A stretch of 64,000 nucleotides of DNA from Octopus bimaculoides (taxonomy: Eukaryota): the NCBI RefSeq assembly GCF_001194135.2, contig NC_068984.1, positions 114,374,346 to 114,438,345 of the forward strand, read 5' to 3'. Shown here piece by piece: positions 53,511 through 64,000 of the stretch. The notes beneath the pieces were generated by a model. The model did no database searches. It was not told where the DNA came from and saw only the letters and a list, made by a program, of their open reading frames with translations. Numbering within the stretch: the first letter of the stretch is position 1; the number at the start of each line of letters is the position of its first letter. The translations under genes and the position numbers were made by a program.

Positions 53511-55393
53511 CAGCAGGGTGTGGCACTTTTTCACACAGTTATCCTCATCCATTCTTGCCACATGTCCATACCAGCACAATCGTCTCTCTTGCACACCACA
53601 ACTGATGCTTCTTAGGTCTAATGTATATGTATATATATGTGTGTGTGTGTTTGTGTGTCTGTGTTTGTCCCCCCAATATCACTTGACAACCGATGCTGGT
53701 GTGTTTACATCCTCGTAATCTAGCAGTTCGGCAGAAAAAACCGATAGAATAAGTACTAGGCTTACAAAAAATAAGTCCTGAGGTCGATTTGCTCGACTAA
53801 AGACAGTGCTCCAGCATGGCTGCAGTCAAATGACTGAAACAAGTAAAAGAGTAAAAGAGTAATGTATACATGTATATATATGATGTATATATGTGTGTGT
53901 TTGCGTATATTCTTGTCTTGACATCATGTGATGGCTGTAATTAAACATTACCATCATGCAAGTGATGTTGTTTGTTTTCAGTCTTCTATGAAAAAGATAT
54001 CTGGCTATGGGAAATATTATCTTGGTTGGAAACAAGTGACAGTTGGTGACAGCAAGGGCATCCAGTTGGAGAAAATCTGCCTAGACAAATTCTGCCTGAC
54101 CCATGCAAGCATGGAAAAGTGAGCATTAAATAAGGATGATGATGATGATTTATCAAATATGTGTACTTTGGATCTTTTGTCCATGTTTGTTATATTTTAT
54201 TTTAGGCATTAGGTAATGTAAAAATATAATTTACTCTGCCCTCAGGCAACATTGTTGTTGTTGTCTAGCCTTATCTGACCTCTGATCAGATAGACCTATG
54301 ATCTAAAGCTATCCAACCATGACTCCTATCTTTTTATGAGTATCTGGGACTATATTATCTAATGCAACTTTCCCTACTTTTTTTTAGACAGTGAGTGTGA
54401 TTTGAGAGAGATTTGGCTGTTACTTCTAACAGACTGTGTGACCATGTAGATGCTCTCTCTCCTAGTCCTTGGCTGTGACTTTAAGGAATGTTATATATAG
54501 ATAACATTATTGTTAAGTAACCCAGAACTTATGTAATCCAGGATGCACACATAGCTGTGTAGGTCACTGACATGGCTGCATAACGCACAGATGTGGCCAT
54601 GCTGAATGTAGGTGTGGCTGTGTAGGGTGTAGGCAAGTGCCTTCAACTATAACTTTGAGCTGACCAAAACCTTCTGAGTGGATTTGGCTGATGGAAACTA
54701 AAAGAAGTTTAAGGCGGCGAGCTGGCAGAAACGTTAGCACACCGGGTGAAATGCTTAGCTGTATTTCTATGTTCAAATTCCGCCGAGGTCGACTTTGCCT
54801 TTCATCCTTTCGGGGTCTATAAATTAAGTACCAGTTACGCATTGGGGTCGATGTAATCAACTTAGTCCATTTGTCTGTCCTTATTTGTCCCCTCTGTGTG
54901 TAGCCCCTTGTGGGCAATAAAGAAATAGGAAACTAAAAGAAGCTTGTTTTGTGTGTGTGTGTGTGTAGTTCAGTGCCTTCTTGTCTACTTATAAATGAGC
55001 ATCGTCATCATACAAGCAATGCTTGTGAACCAATTGTTCTTCTGCGTAGGATGGCAGTAGTTATGTGTATGTATATGTTTTTTTTACCTAGTTAAATGGA
55101 TATTTAGTTGATCAGCTTCCACTAAATCTAACTAAATTATATTCTCTTCATAAATTATATTCTCTTCATAAATTATATTCTCTTCCTCCAACTGATTTTT
55201 CTCATTCCTTCTCCTCTTATATTTTTTTTCTATCATTCTTCTGATGAAGAACTAATGACTCTTTACTTCTTTTTTAAACGATTAAATAATACAACAGTTG
55301 TTAAAACTTATCCATTGTGTATTATTTTCTTTCTCTATTAGTTCATTGCCTTCATAATATTTAAAATGTAGTTTTAATTTAACAATTTCACAG

Positions 55394-55567
55394 ATGAAGA
55401 TGAAAATTCCTCTGAGAAGAATTCTCATGAAAAAACAATCTTAGGTAACCACAATGGCTCCTCTTTGACTGTAAAACCTCCTGTATATAACCTTGATGAC
55501 CGACCAATAACTCCTCTACGTCAAACATTCCCTTCAGGATCTGATATTTACAAGGAATTTGAAGATG
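55394..55567 (+). CDS. NEK11: NEK11-like exon (low-complexity linker with DDRPITP)
   Basis: ttcacag|AT...G|gtatgt; (D)EDENSSEKNSHEKTILGNHNGSSLTVKPPVYNLDDRPITPLRQTFPSGSDIYKEFED. Open for 174 nt, phase 1-1. Confidence 0.72.
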
Positions 55568-58096
55568 GTATGTAATGTTTTAAAATCAGATTTTGTTTTT
55601 CAAATATCATTAATGTGTTATAAGGTTGTCATGTACCTCCTCTATAGTTAAGATACATGTTTCTGGTACTTTGTTATATTTTAATCTCTCGATACCTGGT
55701 CTAAGCCATCTCCCTCAGGCAACATTTTTTTTTGCAGTGGGGGCTTGCAAATTACTTGGTAACCCCATTAGTGCCAGTGCCATGAAAAAGGCATGTAGTA
55801 CACTTTGTAAAATGATTGGCATTGGAGAGGACATTCAGTTATAGAAATCATGCCAAAACAGACGCTGAAACTCAGCATAGTCCTACAACACATCAGATCC
55901 TCTTAACCTGTTAGCATTTAAACTGGCTATATCTGGCCAACATATTTTACTAGTTTTATGTTCAAACTGGCCTGATCTGGCCTCTCACACCTTCCCTACT
56001 GTGTCATTCCAAAAAAAAACAATCACATCATCAAAATCTCAAAGCTATGAGATAATGCATGATTAATTCAAAGACACGAATAAATAAGCATTACATGTGA
56101 CTGAGTAATATGAATGCTAAAGGGTTAAACCTATGCCAGCATGGAAGACAGATGTTAAATAACGAGGATGATGGTTAGGGTGAATTGTGATTGCAATTTG
56201 GTCAAATTTTATTAACAAGTTCTAATAAGAAAAATTATAAAATCAGGGGTGGTTGGTGTTAAGAAGGGCATCCAGCGATAAAAACCATGCCAAAACAGAC
56301 ACAGAAGCCTGGTGTAGTCTTCTGCCTGGCCGGCTCCTGTCAAACCACTTAACCTGTGTCAGCATGGAAGACAGACATTAAATGATGATGATAATGTTCA
56401 AGATTTTTTATCCTATAAAAAAAAAGTAATGGGGTCAATTTATTTGACTAAAATTCTCCAAGACGGTGCCTCTGAAACAACTAAAAGATAAAAAATAAAA
56501 GATAAAGGTATTGTTTTTTTTTTTTGTTTCAGTCATTTTGACTGCGGCGATGCTGGAGCATCCCCTTAAAGGGTTTTTAGTCGAAGAAATCAACCCCAGG
56601 ACTTATTCTTTGTAAGCNNNNNNNNNNNNNNNNNNNNNNNNNNNNNNNNNNNNNNNNNNNNNNNNNNNNNNNNNNNNNNNNNNNNNNNNNNNNNNNNNNN
56701 NNNNNNNNNNNNNNNNNNNNNNNNNNNNNNNNNNNNNNNNNNNNNNNNNNNNNNNNNNNNNNNNNNNNNNNNNNNNNNNNNNGGACTGGCTTGTGCGGGT
56801 GGCACATAAAAGACACCATTTCGAGCGTGGCCGTTTTCGTGCGGGTGACACGTAAAAGCACCCACTACACTCTCTGAGTGGTTGGCGTTAGGAAGGGCAT
56901 CCAGCTGTAGAAACTCTGCCAAATTAGATTGGAGCCTGGTGTTGCCATCCGGTTTCACCAGTCCTCAGTCAAATCGTCCAACCCATGCTAGCATGGAAAG
57001 CGGACGTTAAACGATGATGATGATGATGATGATACAACAAGTTTCTTTCAGTTTCCCTCTACCAAATTCACTCATAAGACTTTGATCAGCCTGAGGCTAT
57101 AGTAGAAGACTTTTGCCCAAGGTGCCATACAGTGGGACCGAACCTGGAACCTTGTGGTTGAAAACCAAGCTTCTTACCACACAGCCATGCCTGCACCTAT
57201 TAAGGGATTTTTTTTTTAGGTGTAAAAATAATTGGAAAATATCATTTTCATCACTGAAATGACTATTGCTTTCAGCGATAAACATGATTTATCAGAAATA
57301 TTGAAATTTTACACTTAACGGCCTTTAATAATTTAAATGAAATCTGACCATTTTTTAGGTTTTTGTAATTAACATAAATTATTAATAATTATTAACAGTA
57401 TTTCATTTTTTTTTAAAATTGTCAAAACCTGTCTTTCAAAGAAAGGATGGCTTGTTGGCATAGTAACAAAACAAAAGGATTCAATCTAATTAAGAGCTTA
57501 TTATTTACAGTGGAAATAGAAGTGATTTTTAACAAATATCTGGCACTCTTTGTTATATTTCTTAATAATTGATTTTCAGCCTAAGAGCTGCCTACAGTTT
57601 CTGCAATGTCTTTTCTGCAATCAGCTATTATGTCAACAAGACAGAATAGTCAACTACAGGTATGGTTAAAAACAAAGCAAAAAAAATCAAAAAACCATGC
57701 AAATATTATTGGTTTCAAATTTTGGCACAAGGCCAGCAATTTTGGGGAAGGGGTAAGTCAATTACATTGACCCCAATTCTCAACTGGTACTTATTTTATC
57801 GACCTCCAAAAAAGGTGAAAGGCAAAGTTGACCTTAGTGGAATGTGAACTCAAATGTAAAGACAAATGAAATGCCGTGAAGCATTTTACCCAAAACATGT
57901 ATATTATATTAGCAGCAGACATCACAAGGTGCAGGTAAGTCTGTGTGGTTAAGAAGCTTGTTTCCCAACCAAGTGGTCTTGGGTTCAATTCTACTGTGCA
58001 GCACTATGGGCAAGTGTCTTTTACAACATCCACAAGCCAACCAAAGCCTTTTGTATGGATTTAGTTGATGGAAATTGAAAGAAGCCTGTTGTGTAT

Positions 58097-58138
<42 letters not shown>

Positions 58139-58148
58139 NNNNNNNNNN

Positions 58149-58186
<38 letters not shown>

Positions 58187-59203
58187 CACACACACATAAT
58201 CATCATCATCATCATTTAGCATTCGTTTTCCATGCTGGCATAGGTTAGACAGATTGACTGGAACTGGTAAACCAGAGAGCTGCCCCAAGTTCCAGTCTGA
58301 TTTGGCATGGTTTCTATGGCTGGATGTCCTTCTTAACACCAACTACTCCAAAAGTGTCATGGGTGCTTTTTACATGCCACCAGCATGGGTGCTTTTATGT
58401 GCCAGTTACATGACACCGGCATCAGCTACAACAACAATTTCATTTAGTTTGACAATCATCATCATCGTTTAACGTCCGCTTTCCATGCTAGCATGGGTTG
58501 GACGACTTGACTGAGGACTGGTGAAACCGGATGGCAACACCAGGCTCCAATCTAAATTTGGCAGAGTTTCTACAGCTGGATGCCCTTCCTAACGCCAACC
58601 ACTCAGAGAGTGTAGTAGATGCTTTTACGTGTCACCTGCACGAAGGCCAGTCAGGCAATACTGGCAACGGCCACGCTCGAAATGGTGNNNNNNNNNNNNN
58701 NNNNNNNNNNNNNNNNNNNNNNNNNNNNNNNNNNNNNNNNNNNNNNNNNNNNNNNNNNNNNNNNNNNNNNNNNNNNNNNNNNNNNNNNNNNNNNNNNNNN
58801 NNNNNNNNNNNNNNNNNNNNNNNNNNNNNNNNNNNNNNNNNNNNNNNNNNNNNNNNNNNNNNNNNNNNNNNNNNNNNNNNNNNNNNNNNNNNNNNNNNNN
58901 NNNNNNNNNNNNNNNNNNNNNNNNNNNNNNNNNNNNNNNNNNNNNNNNNNNNNNNNNNNNNNNNNNNNNNNNNNNNNNNNNNNNNNNNNNNNNNNNNNNN
59001 NNNNNNNNNNNNNNNNNNNNNNNNNNNNNNNNNNNNNNNNNNNNNNNNNNNNNNNNNNNNNNNNNNNNNNNNNNNNNNNNNNNNNNNNNNNNNNNNNNNN
59101 NNNNNNNNNNNNNNNNNNNNNNNNNNNNNNNNNNNNNNNNNNNNNNNNNNNNNNNNNNNNNNNNNNNNNNNNNNNNNNNNNNNNNNNNNNNNNNTCTTAT
59201 TCT

Positions 59204-59680
59204 AGCAGCTACACTTTCAGCGCACCCACCCCCACTACTAACTTGGTCGCCCAGATAGCGGAAGCTATCGACTACCTCTAGTTTTTCACCCTGGAATGAG
59301 ATAGAAGTTGTTTCCTGTTTGTTTACAGTCTTTATTGCACCTGAACATCTGCCACAAACAAAAACTAACTTCCTAGTTAACCTGCCTTTGATGTTGCTGC
59401 ACCTCTTATGTGTCCATAGCTTGCACCGGGTACATCTTATAGAGTTACTACCTACTCCTTTTCTACATACTGAGCAGGGCCATCTACCTAAAGGGGTTTG
59501 TGTTTTATCTACCTTCCTGTAAATAATCCTTCGAACAGACGGTCAGTAGCGACGCCTGCATGGTTTGGCTGATCTACATTGATAAGGGGCAAATACCCTG
59601 AAACTGGTCTGTAGATGCCAGACCAGCAAGGGGAAGCAGCTGACCTCCCCTGTTCGAAGGTTATAATGGACACAGGTTCA
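59204..59680 (+). mobile_element. Probable Penelope-like 3' end / pLTR
   Basis: QIAEAIDY... resembles a GIY-YIG C-terminal helix and is followed by a hammerhead-like motif. The 5' part lies in a gap. Confidence 0.45.
59572..59616 (+). ncRNA. Degenerate hammerhead-like motif at the tip of a rod-like hairpin
   Basis: ATCTACA-TTGATAA-GGGG caaata CCCT-GAAA-CTGG-TC-TGTAGAT. Stem I has 7 bp; the core carries two substitutions. Confidence 0.55.
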
Positions 59681-59836
59681 TGTGTCACATAGCTAGCTAG
59701 ATGCGATGTTTCATATGTCACATAGCTAGCTAGAGTTCGATTCCAGGCAGCGACCTGAATAATAATGACGATGACAACAACGACAACATTGAAAAATACC
59801 TTAGGAATAAGAACCCAGGTTCAAAATTTCCCCAAG

Positions 59837-59880
59837 ACACCTGATGAAGGCTGGAGGGTATATCAGCCGAAACATTGTGT
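59837..59880 (+). ncRNA. Minimal type I hammerhead-like motif
   Basis: ACAC-CTGATGA-A-GGCTG...CAGCC-GAAA-CA-TT-GTGT. Stem III would be the palindrome AACGTT with one G>A change. Confidence 0.6.
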
Positions 59881-60262
59881 TAACAACATACAAGATGAGG
59901 ACAAATATCTGTCAAATGTAAATAATGTAAATAAAGTAGAATATGAAATTTGAGGAAGATTTAGTTACTATTTCTAGCAGATCAAGCTACCACATAGAGG
60001 AGCTCCTCAGTGGCTCTTGTATTCAGATTTTAACCTTTTGATACCAAACCATCTGAGACCACTCCTAGTTTTATGATACAATTTCCCTATTTTAAAGTGA
60101 TCTAAATTAAAACCTTTGATTAAAATTCCATTAATTTGTGTTCCAAACACCAGCTTCATAATAACAAAGTTATTTCAATAGATTTTCAAATTTTCAAAAT
60201 TAATTATAACAAAGGCAGTGTATTTTTAACAATTATGGAAAAGAGGATGTTAAAATGACGAT

Positions 60263-60293
<31 letters not shown>

Positions 60294-62883
60294 GTGTTTT
60301 TAATATTAATTAATATTAATTCTTTGCAAATTTCATGCTAAATACCACACTATTCAGATGAATGTGATTCTAGTGAAGGATATCTCTTGTGTGACTGTGA
60401 TACTTTTGTGTTATCAAGAGGATACACACACAAACATGTTTCTTGACATTTCTTTCTATATATGGACCTGTTTTTTTTAAAGGAATTGAAGATAGGGAAT
60501 TGTAATGTTCTGACATTAACAATCTTAAGGCTTTTAGCAGCAGTAGTTATATCTTACACCAGGTCATAGATTTCATTAGTTTCTTACTTTGGCTCAAGCC
60601 TACGACTTTACAAGTAAGAATAATGTGACTGTGTGACATTTATGCCTTATGCTGTTAATGCTAAAACCCTTAGGATTGCTAAGTTGCTAATGCTAAGAAT
60701 GTTAGCATCATAAAGTCATTAAAATGTGAAGGCTAGTGATGATCAGTGCTGAGATAAATTGGTTCAGAAAGACAAACAAAAATATTTGCATGTTAGTAGG
60801 CCATGAGAAAAAAATGGTAGAAAGTTAATGTTTTGGGTGGTTCCTTTCTTTAAAGAAAAGCAAAAATCTTTTCTTTGCTAATGAAAGATTCCATTTTAAA
60901 ACATTTTTGTCTACTTTTCTCATGACACTAACATATATATATACAGTTAGCATATATTTCCATTAGCAATATAATAAAAATGAATTGATATTTCCAAGAA
61001 TAGTCAACCTCTTCACTGTAGAATTATGTACTGAATTAATAGTAAGTGGTTTATTTTTATTCTGATTTTAAATAAGTTTATTATAACAACATGAAAGCAT
61101 GGCCCAGTGGTAAGTGAGTTGCACTCATGATCACAAGACCATGGTTTCGATTCCCAGACCACTGGTGTGTTGTGTTTTTGAGCAAAACACTTCATTTTAA
61201 TGTTTCTCCTGTTCCCTCAGTTGTAAATAGGTAACCTTGCAATGGACTGATGTCTCATTCAGGCACAATGTTGAACTGCCCACTTGTCAGTGAAGTAGCA
61301 TTATTCAAAAGCAACAACTATGTGATCAGGCACATTGTGACCAATGGTTTGTAACAACATCTAATAATAATATTACAGTGATTATATACACTTAAAGTAG
61401 TGTCATTTTAATTCTTGTTATTTAACCCCGACTCAATTCTGACTGAGAGATTTATGATCAAAGGCATTCCAGCTATGGCCATCATTCTTTAGTTATCTTG
61501 AATCTAGAAATACTTGATTCAACGTGTCACTCCTTTTTAAAGATAGTTTGGTGTGTGATTAGAGAAAAATCCAACTACTATTTTTAGCAGATTGAGCTCA
61601 TAAAGTTTCTCAGATCAATGGTGTCTTTTGTAACAAAACACTTTATTTAATATTTCAGTTGTTCATTCAACTGTTAACCGGTAACTGTGTAATGTACTGG
61701 TGTTCTATGCAGGGGCAATGTTGGCCTGCCTACCTAGCCAGTGGGTTGACATTATTCAAAAATGACAACAATGTGATGAAACACATTCTGACCAGAAATC
61801 CAACTACTATTTTTAGCAGGTTGAGCTCATAAAGTTTCCTTAGTGATTTTCCACCTAAGTGTTACATAATTTAACTGGCATGCTATTGGTTAAGATGACA
61901 AGGGTTCCAGTTGATCCGATCACCAGAATGGCTTGCACGTGAAATTAACATGCAAGTGGCTGAGCACTCCACTGACAGGTGTGTCCTTAACATAGTTCTT
62001 AGGGGGATTCAGTGTGACACAGAATATGACAAATCTGGCCCTTTGAAACACATTTTTGCCAACTAAGTGAACTGGAGCAATGTGAAATAGTGTTTTGCTC
62101 AAGGATACAATGCATCACCAGGAATTGAACTCACAACTTTATGATCATAAGCTGAATGCCCTAACCACTCAGCCACGTGCCTTCACATAATGATAATGAG
62201 ATACTGACTTTCTTAAGTACCACAAAATTGTCAGATTGATTTTTAACAGTAATAATTAGATGTGCTACAGGTTAAAATATATAACTTGGGTGTGTTGTTA
62301 TTGTAAAACAAATTGAAAATAAAGATAAATTGGCTTATATTTAATCTTGAAATGTAAATTTTTTACTGCGTCTCTGTCAAAATAGTTGTTTGTTAGCTAA
62401 ATTTGAAATATGCAGCTTTAAAAAGACAAAGATTTTAGTATCAGAGTAGATTATTACTAAAAATTTTAGTGATTAAAAAATAGCTATAAAAACAGCAAAT
62501 CAGTTTTTTAAGGGATTGGAATTAAGACTAAAGAATCTGAAAGATTCTCAGAGGCCTCCAAAGTATTCAACAAGCATATGTTTGCACTAATGAATACAGC
62601 CTTAATAAATTTATAAAATTCTGGTAGAATTACAAGCATTATTTCTTTTTTTTTTATTAGATAGTCTTAGAAAAAAGTTGTCATGTACTCACTGAAGGAT
62701 GTTTCCATGGTCCCTATGAATGGTGGTTGTATGAATTCAGTGTAAGGTTTTTGGGTTGCATACTGATGGTGTGTGTGTTTGGGAACTTAAGGAAGATGCA
62801 AACTGATTCCATTTACTTCAAAGTATGTGTGTTGTGAAGGTAGTGAGAATGTGTAGCTCACAATCATAATGTTGCAGGTTCAA

Positions 62884-62939
62884 TTCATGGGCCAGGTGAC
62901 ATGTTGCATCCTTGAGCAACATGTCACCTGGCCCATGAA
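62884..62939. repeat. Perfect 24-bp-arm hairpin, 8-nt loop
   Basis: TTCATGGGCCAGGTGACATGTTGC-atccttga-GCAACATGTCACCTGGCCCATGAA. Confidence 0.95.
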
Positions 62940-63026
62940 GGGTTAAATATTTGCAGCAGGGAGTAATTTTCTTCTTTATAACTGTATTAAATCCTCTACT
63001 AAGCTCAGAAATTAATGTCTTACTAG

Positions 63027-63188
63027 GAATCCCTACAACTGCACGGCTAGCTGAGGAGTATTATACTCCTGACTTTGAAGATGATGAAGATGAGGAGATG
63101 ACATTGTGTAACACTGTAGAAGACACATACCAGGACAGAGAAATGATGCTTAATTATCTTCAAAATGCTCTAAGTTACCCAGAAGATC
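63027..63188 (+). CDS. NEK11: NEK11-like exon (acidic AEEYY region)
   Basis: ttactag|GA...C|gtaagt; GIPTTARLAEEYYTPDFEDDEDEEMTLCNTVEDTYQDREMMLNYLQNALSYPED. Resembles NEK11 IPEDPLVAEEYYADAF. Confidence 0.85.
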
Positions 63189-63289
63189 GTAAGTATTTTT
63201 AATATTTTGTTTTCAGCAGTTCTATCTAGCCAAGATTTACTGGTGTACGGAGGTTAGAAAATTGTATATGAATCCCACATACGTGTGTG

Positions 63290-63320
<31 letters not shown>

Positions 63321-63583
63321 TTACATTTGTTTGATAGCTACTTAGTGACCTCTTATTGCTGGTGCCACCAAAAAACACCCAGTACACTCTATAAGGTGGT
63401 TGGCATTAGGAAGGTCATCCAGCTGTGGAAGTCATACCAAAGCAGAAAGTGGGGTTTGGAAAAACTCCTCTGACTCATCTGTTGCAGTTGAACCATCCAA
63501 CCCATGCCAGCATAGAAGACAAACATTAAATGACAATGGTGATGATGATATATATACTTTCTTCCTTTCTTTTTTCCAATCAG

Positions 63584-63662
63584 AAAGCAACACTTTAACA
63601 ACTGACTATAGTGGAGCATTTGGACCTGAAGCTCGAAGTAACAGAATTAAAAATTTAAGACG
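63584..63662 (+). CDS. NEK11: NEK11-like exon near C-terminus; gene continues beyond the window
   Basis: ccaatcag|AA...CG|gtaacc; (Q)SNTLTTDYSGAFGPEARSNRIKNLR(R). Aligns by eye with NEK11 ...ARTKMKRMRE. Confidence 0.78.
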
Positions 63663-64000
63663 GTAACCTTCTTAAATATTTTTACATTTATGTATTTGTT
63701 TTGCAAGGTTCTTGATGTGAAATTGCGTGTTGAAACAGATATTGTTATACTTAGGGATGGTCATATTTTTTTAGTTAAACATACGCACTATATATTTAGT
63801 CTTCACTTCAGCTTTATTATTATTATTATTTTAGTTTCTTTGTCAAAACTCTTTCATCACACATCCTGTGACCTCTTCAGCAATTCTCTATCCCATGTGT
63901 CTTCTCTTGTTCCTTTCTATTCCTTTCTAAATATCTTTAAAAATACTTTTGTTAAATAGTTTTGTGAGTTTTATTATAGTGACTGTAGTTGCTAGATTGG

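Noticed and set aside
55134-55185. 18-bp unit x3 (AAATTATATTCTCTTCAT)
   Set aside because: An ordinary slippage minisatellite with no spacers; not CRISPR-like.
63840-63885. Minus-strand CTGAAGA-GGTCACA/TGTGAT-GAAA
   Set aside because: Stem III is non-palindromic and no stem I forms; likely chance.

Overview
AT-rich, microsatellite- and SINE-dense eukaryotic scaffold with many N gaps. The repeat landscape looks like an octopus genome (inference from recalled repeat families, no database search). One protein-coding gene is supported: a plus-strand NEK11-like Ser/Thr kinase. I traced 11 GT-AG exons from 12541 to 63662, and their splice phases are mutually consistent. The first coding exon (Gly-rich loop) and the last exon(s) were not found in the window. 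The introns and flanks hold decayed Tc1/mariner, R4/Dong-like, RTE and CR1-like elements, piggyBac-like MITEs, tRNA-derived SINEs and a Penelope-like element with inverted terminal repeats. The most striking unexplained signal is about nine minimal type I hammerhead-ribozyme-like motifs from several unrelated sequence families. Two copies with an intact core lie in a ~560-bp unit that appears as circularly permuted, inverted copies at 5.9-7.6 kb, which resembles a retrozyme. Almost all ORFs in the supplied track are microsatellite or N-gap artefacts.
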